Shown here piece by piece: positions 38,175 to 47,510 of a stretch of DNA of 64,000 nt; the stretch's first letter is position 1, and each line of letters starts with the position of its first letter. Source of the stretch: an uncultured Fibrobacteria bacterium. GTDB lineage: Bacteria; Fibrobacterota; Fibrobacteria; UBA11236. The translations under genes and the position numbers were made by a program. Location of the stretch: contig OY970309.1 of assembly GCA_963716395.1 (NCBI GenBank), positions 2,848,001-2,912,000 of the forward strand, written 5' to 3'. The notes under the pieces are model-generated. The model searched no databases. It saw nothing but the letters and a program-made list of their open reading frames with translations, and was not told the origin of the DNA.

Positions 38175-39239
38175 GTGTCGCAAAAAAAGCCACTTCCGCG
38201 TTTGACGCTGGGAAATCGACTTCCGTATCGTTTTTTGGAGATTCTTCCGCAAAGTTGGAAACACCGCTATCTGCTGCGTCAGAGCGGCGGCGACGTCGAT
38301 TGCGGGGTTTTCGACCTGTCCAAGAAACTGCAAGCGTTGCGCCGCCTCCTGATCGTTTGGCCCGAACGCGTCGAAGAGATGCTGCTGGCCGTACCTACGG
38401 TGAAAGCCTTGTCCGAGGCGCTCGGGAACGGTGCGACCTGCGCACATTTCGCCGAGGTGCGCACGGTTCCGTTTTTATCGGGGTTATTCCCGGCCGCTCC
38501 GTTGGTGGGGTGGGATCGCGGAAGCCTGGCTTGGCATGAGCCGGCCGTGCAAACCGCGTTGGCTTCGTTGCGGGCCTTTCATCCCGACGCCGCGATTTGC
38601 TGGTTGAATCCCTTTCCTTCGGTATTACAGGCCGTGGTGAAAGCCTCGGGAGCCGGCATTCGCATCGCCTTTGAAAGCGTGGGCACTTGGCCGTATGCCA
38701 ATGTCGAAATGGCCCCGGATGCCGAAAATCCCTTGCCGGCCCGCTATTTTCACTGCCTGGCTTTGTGGCGCTATGCCGGATTTTCTCCCCAGGAAAAATG
38801 GGCGCGCATCCAATCCGATGCCGAGCAACGCCGAGACGCCGCGGACAAATGGGCCGGGGCCCTGGCTCAACCCGAACAGACCTGGCTGTATCTGCACCTC
38901 TCCGACGGCCAGGATCTCGACGATGCTTTGCATGCCCAACTCAGCCTGTGCCTGCAGGCGCATGAAGCCGCAGGGTTTCGGCTGGGTTGGGTGGAATGGG
39001 CAGCGGCCGCCTCCGGCCCGGGTGAGGGAGCCTGGCGCGGCGCTCCGAGTTTGCAAGCTTCGGGCTGGAGTAACCTGCTGGCCCTCATCGAGGGCGTGCG
39101 CGGCGTTTTGGCTTTTCAGGGCGCGGCCCTGCATTTCGCCAGCCTGGCCGAGGTGCGCTGTCTGGCCCTGTTGCGGCGCAGCGAAGCGGCCTATGACGCT
39201 TCGCGTTGGAACCGGCTGTTCCAACCGGCCTGGGTGTGA
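38175..39239 (+). CDS. Divergent glycosyltransferase family 9 (heptosyltransferase-like) protein
   Basis: RLLIVWP..VEEMLLAVP.VKAL, ASGA.IRI.F, L.ALI.......QGAALHFA. Start uncertain. Confidence 0.55.
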   Translation: MSQKKPLPRLTLGNRLPYRFLEILPQSWKHRYLLRQSGGDVDCGVFDLSKKLQALRRLLIVWPERVEEMLLAVPTVKALSEALGNGATCAHFAEVRTVPFLSGLFPAAPLVGWDRGSLAWHEPAVQTALASLRAFHPDAAICWLNPFPSVLQAVVKASGAGIRIAFESVGTWPYANVEMAPDAENPLPARYFHCLALWRYAGFSPQEKWARIQSDAEQRRDAADKWAGALAQPEQTWLYLHLSDGQDLDDALHAQLSLCLQAHEAAGFRLGWVEWAAAASGPGEGAWRGAPSLQASGWSNLLALIEGVRGVLAFQGAALHFASLAEVRCLALLRRSEAAYDASRWNRLFQPAWV

Positions 39240-39279
39240 TTTTGATCACGGTATAGTTCCGTGATCTGCCGTACTGCGG

Positions 39280-40359
39280 CTAGAGGTATTGTTTCCAGCG
39301 GGGATTTTCCTGCACTTTTTTCACCAATTGCTTGAAATGGGGGATGCGCGACTTGTCGGCGACTACGGTAACGCCGTTGTGTTGCACCACCAGGAGGTTA
39401 TCGACCCCGAAGGTGCAGACCAGGCCGTCGGAAAAGCAGGTGTTGCCCCGGCTTTCGAGCAGCAGCGCTTGCCCCACGCTGCGGTTGCCGGCTTCGTCGG
39501 GTGCATGCAGCCGATCCAGGGAACTCCAGGAACCGATGTCGTCCCAGGCAAAGGCCGGAATCACGGCCGCGATGCTTTCGGATTTTTCCAACAGGCCGTA
39601 GTCGATGGAAACGTCTTCGAGATTTCGGTAAATCCGTTTCAGCTTGGCCGCGAAAGTCGGGCGGCGGGGATTCAAGTCGCCTTCGGCCTCGAACGCCTGC
39701 GCCGTATGGGGAAGGTGCCGGCGAAACTGTTCCCACAAGTAGTCCACCCGCCAGGCGAACATGCCGCTGTTCCAGAGAAAGTCGCCCGATTCGACATAGG
39801 CCTGGGCGTATTCCGGCGAAGGTTTCTCGTGAAAGCGAATGATTTTTCGCACGTCCAAACCCTGCACCGATTCCGCGGCCGTAGATCCCGTTTCGATGTA
39901 TCCATAGCCGGTATCGGGACGGGTGGGCCGGATTCCAAATACCACCAGACAGTCTCCCCGGCGCGCGACTTCGGCGGCGGCGCGCAGGGCGCGCGCGAAT
40001 TCGCGCGCCGGTCCGATGGCGTGATCCGCGGTCAGCACCAGCATCACCCCTTGCGGATCCTCGCGCTGGATGAGCCGCGCCGCCAGGGCGATGGCCGCGG
40101 CGGTATTGCGGCTTTGCGGTTCGGCGACCCGTTGTACGCCCGCCAGGCCGCGCACCTTGGCCTTGACCGGAACCTCCAGGTTTTTCCCGATGATAAGCCG
40201 GATTTTACCGCGGCGCTGAAAGGCGCGGATATTCCGCAAGGTGTCTTCGAGCATGGAATGTGAAGTCACCAGCGGCAGAAGCTGCTTGGGATGCTTGGAA
40301 TTGCTGTAGGGCCAGAATCGTTCTCCCCGGCCTCCTGCCATCACTACGGGATGAATCAT
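39280..40359 (-). CDS. manC: Mannose-1-phosphate guanylyltransferase
   Basis: VMAGG.GERFWP.S....PKQLL, EP..RNTA, TGYGYI, FHEKP, WNSGMF, SIDY, WDDIGSW. RBS GGAGG. Confidence 0.95.
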   Translation of the reverse strand: MIHPVVMAGGRGERFWPYSNSKHPKQLLPLVTSHSMLEDTLRNIRAFQRRGKIRLIIGKNLEVPVKAKVRGLAGVQRVAEPQSRNTAAAIALAARLIQREDPQGVMLVLTADHAIGPAREFARALRAAAEVARRGDCLVVFGIRPTRPDTGYGYIETGSTAAESVQGLDVRKIIRFHEKPSPEYAQAYVESGDFLWNSGMFAWRVDYLWEQFRRHLPHTAQAFEAEGDLNPRRPTFAAKLKRIYRNLEDVSIDYGLLEKSESIAAVIPAFAWDDIGSWSSLDRLHAPDEAGNRSVGQALLLESRGNTCFSDGLVCTFGVDNLLVVQHNGVTVVADKSRIPHFKQLVKKVQENPRWKQYL

Positions 40360-40427
40360 GCCGCCTCCTGCAAGGAAAGCCCAAAAATAGCAGTTCACAT
40401 ACATAAACAAAGCCGAAAGGGTCTAAA

Positions 40428-40616
40428 GGGTACCTCTAACAATCGCATTCCGGCTGCGACTCCGCCTGCGGCGGACGAAGGCCTCCGGCTTTGTTGTCCG
40501 CCGCAGGCGGAGCGATATTCAACCATATCGCCTTTCTCGCGCGTCTTGCCGGCGGCCTTCTCGCTTGGTCTTCCGCCGTAGGCGGACCTTCGGCGGACCG
40601 ATTATTAGAGGTACCC
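40428..40616. mobile_element. MITE (non-autonomous IS derivative), about 190 bp
   Basis: TIRs GGGTACCTCTAACAATCG / CGATTATTAGAGGTACCC (1 mismatch), flanked by direct repeat TAAA (extendable to CTAAAG), with internal palindromes. Confidence 0.85.
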
Positions 40617-40764
40617 TAAAGTTTTTGGCGCCCATGCGTTTCAGTCCGGAAAAGCCGCGGGCGGCCATCGAGTTTTTGGGTGGGAAATAACGTGTAATGC
40701 CGAATCGGTAACAGTATTATAGGCAGAACAACCCGTATTTAGGGCAGCAGAGGATTGGGGTAGC

Positions 40765-41631
40765 ATGGCCGGGCCGGGGCAACATCGGAGAAATACCGGA
40801 ACTGTGGATTTGCACATGCATTCCACGCTGTCGGATGGAGCTCTGTCGGTACCGGAACTCATCGATCTTTGCCGGCAGCAGGGCTTGGATTCCATCGCCA
40901 TCACCGATCACGACAATATCGACTCCTACGAAGAAGGCCGCGAATATGCCGAAGACGCGGGCCTGGAATTCATTCCCGGGGTCGAAATCAGTTCGTATCG
41001 GGAAGGGAGCGATATCCATATTCTCGGGTATTTCTACGACCCCACCCATTTGCGGCTGAACCAAACCCTGGTGGAACTGCGCTCCAAGCGCAAACAACGC
41101 GCGCAAATGATTTTGCAGCGGCTGGCGCAGATGGGAGTGGAAATCAGTTACGAAAAACTTTTGCACCGGACGGGCGGTTCTTTGGGTCGCGCCCATATCG
41201 CACTGGCTTTGGTGGAGGAGGAGTACGTCGCCACCTTTCAGGAAGCCTTCACCCGCTATTTGGGGAACACCACCGAAGTGATGGCGGGTATTGAAAGCGA
41301 AAAGCTCTCCCCGGCCGAGGCCATCGCCTTGATCCTCGAAGCCGGCGGCATCCCGGTCATGGCCCATCCGGCCAAAACCCGGCGCGACGATTTGATCGAA
41401 GAAATGGTGGATTGCGGTTTGAAAGGCATTGAAATCTACAGCCACGGCCTGAGCCCCACCTGCTTCCGCAAGTACAAAGACTTGGCCCGGCGTTACGGGC
41501 TGGTTTGCTGCGGGGGCGCCGACTTTCACATGCGGCGCGAAGACGATCGGAATTCGCCCGGCAGCCTGCACATTCCCTACGAGGTGCTGGGCCGGCTGAA
41601 GGATCTCAAAGAGGGTTTTTGCCCGGCCTGA
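40765..41631 (+). CDS. PHP-domain phosphoesterase (YciV/TrpH-like)
   Basis: DLHMHST.SDG, ITDHD, GVEIS, HILGY, GRAHIA, AHP, GGADFH. Confidence 0.92.
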   Translation: MAGPGQHRRNTGTVDLHMHSTLSDGALSVPELIDLCRQQGLDSIAITDHDNIDSYEEGREYAEDAGLEFIPGVEISSYREGSDIHILGYFYDPTHLRLNQTLVELRSKRKQRAQMILQRLAQMGVEISYEKLLHRTGGSLGRAHIALALVEEEYVATFQEAFTRYLGNTTEVMAGIESEKLSPAEAIALILEAGGIPVMAHPAKTRRDDLIEEMVDCGLKGIEIYSHGLSPTCFRKYKDLARRYGLVCCGGADFHMRREDDRNSPGSLHIPYEVLGRLKDLKEGFCPA

Positions 41632-41639
41632 TTTTTCTT

Positions 41640-42551
41640 TCAAAAATTTCGTCGTACCGTTTCCACCAATTTGCCTTCGGTTCCGATATACAGGACTTCA
41701 TCACCCATCGTGCCATCGCCGAAGGGGTCGGCGCTGTCCACCTCCCACACGCGCAGGGTCAATCCTCCGGCTTCGCGCTTCCAGGCGGCGTCGAAGTGAT
41801 CCGCTCCCCGCGGCAGGCAGGCCAAAGGGTTCGGCAATTGTGCCAGGGATGGATCCGAAAGGGTGGGCCGGGCTTTGGCTTCGCGCCAGGCCGCCTGCAT
41901 GCATGCGGAGACATCGATTTTGGCCTCGAGGGCGGCGGCGGAATCCAGGCGTATGGCGTCGACGGAGAGCAAACCCGCCGCGACCAGAATCCAGACTGCG
42001 ACCAGAACTCCGCGGTTGGTTCCCGAATTTATGTCGAAGCTCGGCAAAGGCGGATGGTCTCCGCGGCTGTGCAGGTCGTCGAGCAAGGTTTTGAGGCGTT
42101 CACGCCATCGCAGCCCGCGTAACCTGCTGACCCGGAACGCCCAGAACCAAACCAGGAGAAACGAAACCGCATCGCCGACCATGGCCGCCCGCCATGCCGC
42201 AGGATGCCGCATGGGGTCCAAACCCGCCGGGATGGCGGCCAGATTGACGAGCACAAGTCCGAGATCGACAATCCAATGGGCGGTGTGCCGGCCGGGCAAC
42301 ACGCGCGCATCGACCGCGATTCCCGCAGCCGACAGGGACGCAGAAACCTTTTCCCAATTTTTTTGCGAGCGCAGCGACAATCGGCGCAGCAGCAGGATCA
42401 TGCCGGTGAGGGCCAAGCCCAAGCGAAAGAGCAAAGGCCCCCAGGGCCAGGTAAAGGCAAATGAGAGTTTCTCAATTTCGACCAGGGCGCATTCCAGGAA
42501 TCCCAGCAAGGCCGCCCACCCGGCCAGCGAAATCCAGAACGAGGTTCGCAT
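41640..42551 (-). CDS. Hypothetical membrane protein (about 5 TM plus a periplasmic tail)
   Basis: 303-aa ORF with hydrophobic segments and an ATG start. Confidence 0.55.
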   Translation of the reverse strand: MRTSFWISLAGWAALLGFLECALVEIEKLSFAFTWPWGPLLFRLGLALTGMILLLRRLSLRSQKNWEKVSASLSAAGIAVDARVLPGRHTAHWIVDLGLVLVNLAAIPAGLDPMRHPAAWRAAMVGDAVSFLLVWFWAFRVSRLRGLRWRERLKTLLDDLHSRGDHPPLPSFDINSGTNRGVLVAVWILVAAGLLSVDAIRLDSAAALEAKIDVSACMQAAWREAKARPTLSDPSLAQLPNPLACLPRGADHFDAAWKREAGGLTLRVWEVDSADPFGDGTMGDEVLYIGTEGKLVETVRRNF

Positions 42552-42772
42552 GGGTTCATCCTATCACTTCCCGTTCCGGCTTTCCCCGCATCTGCTTTCC
42601 CGCGATTCGGAAGAAATGCAGGGTTCCGGTATTTGTTACAGAGTAATGGCGGCGAGAGCGAGATTTGAATCTAATTTGAGAGGAAATAATTGAATCAAAT
42701 CCCCATCTCGGCTAAAATTTGAATGCTGGAAAATTTTTTGCCTGAAAAAAAAATTTAGCCCTGAAATATTGC

Positions 42773-43753
42773 ATGATTCCTCGCAAAGCATCGGCCCTGG
42801 AGGCTTTGTTCGCCCGAATTTTTCGGATTGTCGCGGGTAAAGAATACATCCTCAATGTGCAGTGGAGCCACAGCCGGCAGTCGTATTCGCGGCCACTGCA
42901 TCCCTCATTGATTCGCCTGGTACTCGGTGGCGCGTTTGCTTTGGCCTTGGGATTGGGCTGTCTCGGTTTTGTCATCGGGCGTTGGGCGTTCACCGAGGTG
43001 GAATACCATGTCGTGGTGGCGCGACATCACATGTATCTCGCTTCGCTGCAAAAAACCAAGGCTTCGATGGCGGTGTTCGAGAACATCTTGGATACGGCTT
43101 TTGAGCAAGAGCAGAAAATGCGCGCTCTTTACGGCATCAACACTTTGAGCCAGGCTCAGTCCACCTTCGGTATCGGAGGGCACCGTCATCCCACCGCCGA
43201 GGATTCGAATCTTTCCACGGGACTCTATGAGTCGCTATTCGACGCCGGGCAAAAAAGTCGGCAATTACACGGCAAACTGGAATTCGCTCTGCGGAACTTT
43301 CGCCAAATCTCCGAGTTCGTCGCCTATCGCCAGAACCTGTGGGATCACACGCCTTCGGTGGAGCCGGCCCGTGGCGAGTTGACCAGCCCCTTCGGATTCC
43401 GCGTACATCCCATCACCCACGAATACATCTTTCACGAAGGCGTCGATATTGCCAACAATCCCTGGACCCCGATTTACGCCACGGCCGACGGCATCGTCAG
43501 CGCCACCGAGTCGGGTGGCAACTACGGCAACATGGTGGTCATCGATCATGGGAACGGGTATCAAACCCGGTACGCGCACATGAACCGGATCATGGTGGAA
43601 AAAGGCCAGTTGATCAAGCGCTTCGCCTTGGTCGGATACATGGGCAGCACCGGACTCTCCACCGGCTCCCATGTGCATTATGAAGTCAGGCGCGACGGAG
43701 TTCCCATCAATCCCGAAAAGTTCATCCTGCCCTCCGGCGAAATCGTCGATTAG
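42773..43753 (+). CDS. M23 family murein peptidase
   Basis: TM plus coiled coil, HEGVDIA, YGN.VVIDHGNG..TRYAH, GSTG.STGSHVHYEV. Confidence 0.95.
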   Translation: MIPRKASALEALFARIFRIVAGKEYILNVQWSHSRQSYSRPLHPSLIRLVLGGAFALALGLGCLGFVIGRWAFTEVEYHVVVARHHMYLASLQKTKASMAVFENILDTAFEQEQKMRALYGINTLSQAQSTFGIGGHRHPTAEDSNLSTGLYESLFDAGQKSRQLHGKLEFALRNFRQISEFVAYRQNLWDHTPSVEPARGELTSPFGFRVHPITHEYIFHEGVDIANNPWTPIYATADGIVSATESGGNYGNMVVIDHGNGYQTRYAHMNRIMVEKGQLIKRFALVGYMGSTGLSTGSHVHYEVRRDGVPINPEKFILPSGEIVD

Positions 43754-43851
43754 GATCGGTTCCGACCAATCTCCCCGCAGCCCGCGAAAAAAGAAGCGGG
43801 CATCTTCCATCCCGGGTGTACTAAAATCAGGGCGAACCGCCCTGGTGGAAA

Positions 43852-44871
43852 ATGGTTGTCAAATTAGCCGGCATGCTTTTGCTGCTCGCCGCAGCCGCGG
43901 CGGCCGATGAATTCAGCGACGAGGTTTTCCTGTTGGAAAATTCGGTTCTGAACAGCGGTTCGGCGTCTTCCTTTCCCACTTCATCTTACTCTCCTTCGCG
44001 TTTTCTGAATTATCCCGCGGATGCTTCGGGAGCCCCGTCCATGGCGCTGGAAGCCGAGACCTTGCCCTTGTTCGGCGGGTTGTCGCAGGCCATCAGCGGT
44101 GCGGGCACTTTGGCCTTGCAGCCCGACCTGCGCCTATCCGCTTTCACCTCCATCGTCACCACCTCCGACATTCCCATCCGTCCCATTCTCAGCGGTACGG
44201 CCGAGCAGCGCCAGGTGGATCCATCTTTGCGGCCCGACGATTGCAGCGGCTGCGGCACCCTGCGCGATCGGGTTTATCTGGGGTATCTCAACGTGCTGCG
44301 CGAATTTTCCGGCAATCTTCCGCGCCATGGCATCGCCAGCCGGCCCATTCCCTATATCTTCGACGCGGGCGTCACCGGGAAATATTACTGGGAAGAGTTG
44401 GAAGGCGGCGATTATTACGGGCAGAATCTCAACCTCGACGCCGGCATGAGCCTGCGCGTGCTGTGGGGTTATGATCCCGTGGAGGAGGTTTCCAATCAGA
44501 CCGTGAAAGTTGAGTTTTCCGGCTTCGAACTTTTGCCCACGCGCGAGCGCAGCGATCTCAGCGGCTATACCGTGTACGAAAGCGTCACCCGTCGGTGGCA
44601 TCTCTCCGCCTCGTTCATCCAGGGCGTGCCGCAATGGCGATCCGAATTCGAAGCCGGATTGGAGCAGCGTTCCGAAGGCGGAAGCTGGCCCGCCTTCGGC
44701 GGCGAATGGCGTTTCGCCCGAACCCTGGCCTTGCGCGGCGGCTGGGATGGGAATTATTGGGCCGCCGGTTGTTCGGTGCGCTACCGCTGGCTCACTGTGC
44801 ACTACGCCTTGCAGTATCACGCTCTGGGCACCAGTTACTACCAAGTGTCGCTGCAGATCCAACGGGATTAG
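43852..44871 (+). CDS. Outer-membrane beta-barrel, PorV/PorQ (UPF0164)-like
   Basis: Signal peptide. C-terminal GGEW....LALRGG.......G.SV......VHYA.....LG...QVSL. Confidence 0.5.
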   Translation: MVVKLAGMLLLLAAAAAADEFSDEVFLLENSVLNSGSASSFPTSSYSPSRFLNYPADASGAPSMALEAETLPLFGGLSQAISGAGTLALQPDLRLSAFTSIVTTSDIPIRPILSGTAEQRQVDPSLRPDDCSGCGTLRDRVYLGYLNVLREFSGNLPRHGIASRPIPYIFDAGVTGKYYWEELEGGDYYGQNLNLDAGMSLRVLWGYDPVEEVSNQTVKVEFSGFELLPTRERSDLSGYTVYESVTRRWHLSASFIQGVPQWRSEFEAGLEQRSEGGSWPAFGGEWRFARTLALRGGWDGNYWAAGCSVRYRWLTVHYALQYHALGTSYYQVSLQIQRD

Positions 44872-45038
44872 GGTCCGTTAAGAAATAACCGCACCATTCG
44901 GCCGAAGATTCATTCCGCCTAGCTATCCGCCTCTGGCGGACTCGTCGCTTACATACTCCTGGGTTGCGCGCTCCTCGCGCCTTGCCTGGAGGGCGCCTCT
45001 TCGCCCTCGCTTTAACGCAGTCATTTCTTAACGGACCC
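44871..45038. mobile_element. MITE, about 168 bp, with TA target duplication
   Basis: TIRs GGGTCCGTTAAGAAAT / ATTTCTTAACGGACCC flanked by TA. The inverted repeat extends to 24 bp because the target is palindromic. Confidence 0.85.
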
Positions 45039-45142
45039 TAATCCCGACGGCGGCCGGGGTACCGACCGCGCATTTCCGCGGGAGGTTACAAACTCGTTAC
45101 GTGCGGATTGAAGACTGAAATCCCGCTACCTTTGTCCGACCC

Positions 45143-46876
45143 ATGCTTCTGGATTGGCCTCACGGGCTGGATTTGGTTTTGCTGACCGCCGGATATGCCG
45201 GCTTGGATTTTCTGCTCCGCCAGGATGGGTGGGCGCGTGGAGTTGGCAGACTGGGCCTGGGCCCGCGGCTCGCCGCGGTTTTATGGTTGGCACCCTGCCT
45301 GTGCCTGGCGCCTTTCTGCTCCTGGGGCCTGATCCCGCAAGGACGCGCCTTGCGCCTATTGGCGGGAGTGTTGGCCGCGGCCATGGCCTGGCAGGCCTCG
45401 ACCCGCGACATCGATCCCGTCCTTGGCGAAACGCATTTTCCCGCCCGCGTCGCGGTGGTGGCGTGCACCGTCGGCACCTGGTTCAGCCCGGCATTTTTCG
45501 TGGCCGAGATTTGGTTGCTCTCCACGCCTTTTTCCCTATGGCAGCATCACGCCACCTTGCCCATGCGCCTGATGCTGGCCATGGGCGCGCACCTGATCTT
45601 GACGGGAGCTTTTGCGGCGCTTTCGGGGCTGGCCGGGATTCACGTTCGCCTTTTTCCCGACGCCGCCGCGCTGATATTTTTCGTGATGATGGTTGCGATA
45701 TCGCATTATTTCATCACGGCTTTGGCCAAATGCCGCCTCGGGCCCAAATGGTATTCCTGGGTGACCGACAACCATTTGCACCACTTGGCGGCCAGCGCCT
45801 ATAGCTGGGGCTGGGCGCGCTTTCTACCCTGGCGGGTTTGGCACCGGGTGATCGCCGCGGCCAAGCGCGGGGAGCGGCTGCTGCAATTTCTGGCTTTCGG
45901 TCTGGAATTGCTTTCCCCCTTGGCGCTGTTGCGGCGCGAAGTCGCCATCGGCTTCTGCCTGGCCTGGGCCGGCTTTCATCTCGGCGTCTTCGCCCTGTCC
46001 GGGCTTTTGTTCTGGGATTGGATGGCGGCCGACTTGGCCCTGGCCGCCATGCTCGCCCGGTTGCCGCCGGCGGCGGTCGCCACGGTTTTTGGCCCGGTGG
46101 CGGTGGCGGCATCGCTGATCTTTATGTTTTTATTTCCCCTTCGCCATCGCTTGTGGAAACCCATGCCGCTGGGATGGTTCGATACCCCCTTTACCCAACG
46201 CGTCCATTGGCGGGTGCGGGGCGAAAGCGGAAAAGAATACGGGTTGTACAACGACTTCATGTGTCCGCATGAACGACTGTACGGCAAGGTCAACGGATGT
46301 TTTCTGGCGCCGGTGGCCGTGCTGACCTACCATCTCGGCGAAGTCTGGAAACCCGAATTGCGCGACGCGTTGTGCGCGGCCGGTCCCAGCCTGGAAAGGC
46401 TGGAAGCGGTGCGCGCGCGTTTCGGCATTCGCCCCGGCAGCGCGGAAATGGCCGCCAACCATATCGCCTATTTACGCCGCTTCTTGCGGGCCGTAAACCG
46501 GGGCCGGCGGAAGCATGTGCTGCCGCGTGGGTTGCGCTGGCTCAAGGCGCCGGGTGATCAGGTGTATTACTGGGGCGAGCTGCCCGCCTATCGCGGCCAG
46601 GAGAAAGCCGCAGCCGTCCGGCTGTTCTACCGCGAGGAATACTTCGACGGCACCGCGCTGCGGCGGCTGCGCGAAGAAACTTTGGTGGAATGCGAAGTGG
46701 AAGGCGGCGAGCCGCCACCCGCCGCGCGCGAGCTGACGCCCAAGGAGTTGGATGATTTCCTGCTCGGCCATGCGGCCGGCCGTCTCATCGATTTGCCCGG
46801 CTTTGGAGGCGGCTTTGTCCGCGGCGATGACGGCCGCCCGGGCGTCTCTCCAACGGCAAAAACCGGCTCAGGGTAG
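45143..46876 (+). CDS. Polytopic membrane protein, HTTM-like, with a soluble C-terminal domain
   Basis: HYF..ALAK......SW, LEL..PLALL, FHLGVF...G..F..W. Confidence 0.5.
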   Translation: MLLDWPHGLDLVLLTAGYAGLDFLLRQDGWARGVGRLGLGPRLAAVLWLAPCLCLAPFCSWGLIPQGRALRLLAGVLAAAMAWQASTRDIDPVLGETHFPARVAVVACTVGTWFSPAFFVAEIWLLSTPFSLWQHHATLPMRLMLAMGAHLILTGAFAALSGLAGIHVRLFPDAAALIFFVMMVAISHYFITALAKCRLGPKWYSWVTDNHLHHLAASAYSWGWARFLPWRVWHRVIAAAKRGERLLQFLAFGLELLSPLALLRREVAIGFCLAWAGFHLGVFALSGLLFWDWMAADLALAAMLARLPPAAVATVFGPVAVAASLIFMFLFPLRHRLWKPMPLGWFDTPFTQRVHWRVRGESGKEYGLYNDFMCPHERLYGKVNGCFLAPVAVLTYHLGEVWKPELRDALCAAGPSLERLEAVRARFGIRPGSAEMAANHIAYLRRFLRAVNRGRRKHVLPRGLRWLKAPGDQVYYWGELPAYRGQEKAAAVRLFYREEYFDGTALRRLREETLVECEVEGGEPPPAARELTPKELDDFLLGHAAGRLIDLPGFGGGFVRGDDGRPGVSPTAKTGSG

Positions 46877-47324
46877 AAACCGATCGCGCTCTTCCGGGGT
46901 GGGTAACCGGCAGGTTTCGCGCTTGCCGAACCAGCGATAACGGTTTTTGGCGACGAAGTCGTAAACGGCGTCGCGCACGAAAACCGGAATGAAGCGCAGC
47001 GGCCGCAAGAGTTTCCACGGGCCGCCCAATCCCTCCAGGGAACGCAACGCCGCTTCGGATTTGTGATGCACCCCTTGGCCGTCCCACAGCAGCATGCTGC
47101 GCAAGGGATCGGCGGAATCGCCGTGGGTTTCGGACACGGGCCCCAGAGATCGAACCCAAAACCGCGGCCGCGGTTTCGCCTTGCAAGGTGGCGAAGCGAA
47201 AATGCTTGCGCCGGTCGCGGGCCAGCATGAAATCCACAAACCCATTGCACAGCACGCAGACTCCGTCGTTGAAAACGATGGGATGGTCGGAAGGATTCGG
47301 AACCGAAGGGTTGGGGCCGGACAT
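46868..47324 (-). pseudogene. DCC1-like (DUF393) thiol-disulfide oxidoreductase with a single +1 frameshift
   Basis: FNDGVCVLCNGFVDF...FATLQG in one frame; KSEAAL...RDAVYDFVAKNRYRWFGK..TC..P....RFL in the next. Confidence 0.88.
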
Positions 47325-47467
47325 TTTGGGGAAGATATAGCTTCACTCGGTCCAATGGGAAAAACGCCGCACAGCGCCGCAATGAACAGAGGTCTGATTT
47401 CAAAGCCGCATGGAAATCAATAAGTGCGCCAGTGTAATGCGAGATACACCGGTTGACGCCGAGCTAG

Positions 47468-47495
47468 GCAAACCTCGCCGGGGGGCGAGGCTTGC
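47468..47495. terminator. Hairpin downstream of the dehydrogenase gene
   Basis: GCAAACCTCGCC-GGGG-GGCGAGGCTTGC. Confidence 0.45.
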
Positions 47496-47510
47496 ACTTC
47501 GAAACCGGGA

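Noticed and set aside
40405-40428. CAAAGCC..GGGTCTAA resembling the P2 of a c-di-GMP-I riboswitch
   Set aside because: There is no P1 (GGCAAAC...GAAA...GACG), and the sequence runs into the MITE end.
40428-40616. Clustered palindromes as a mini CRISPR array
   Set aside because: The repeats are only 15 bp, irregularly spaced and enclosed by TIRs, and no cas genes are present.
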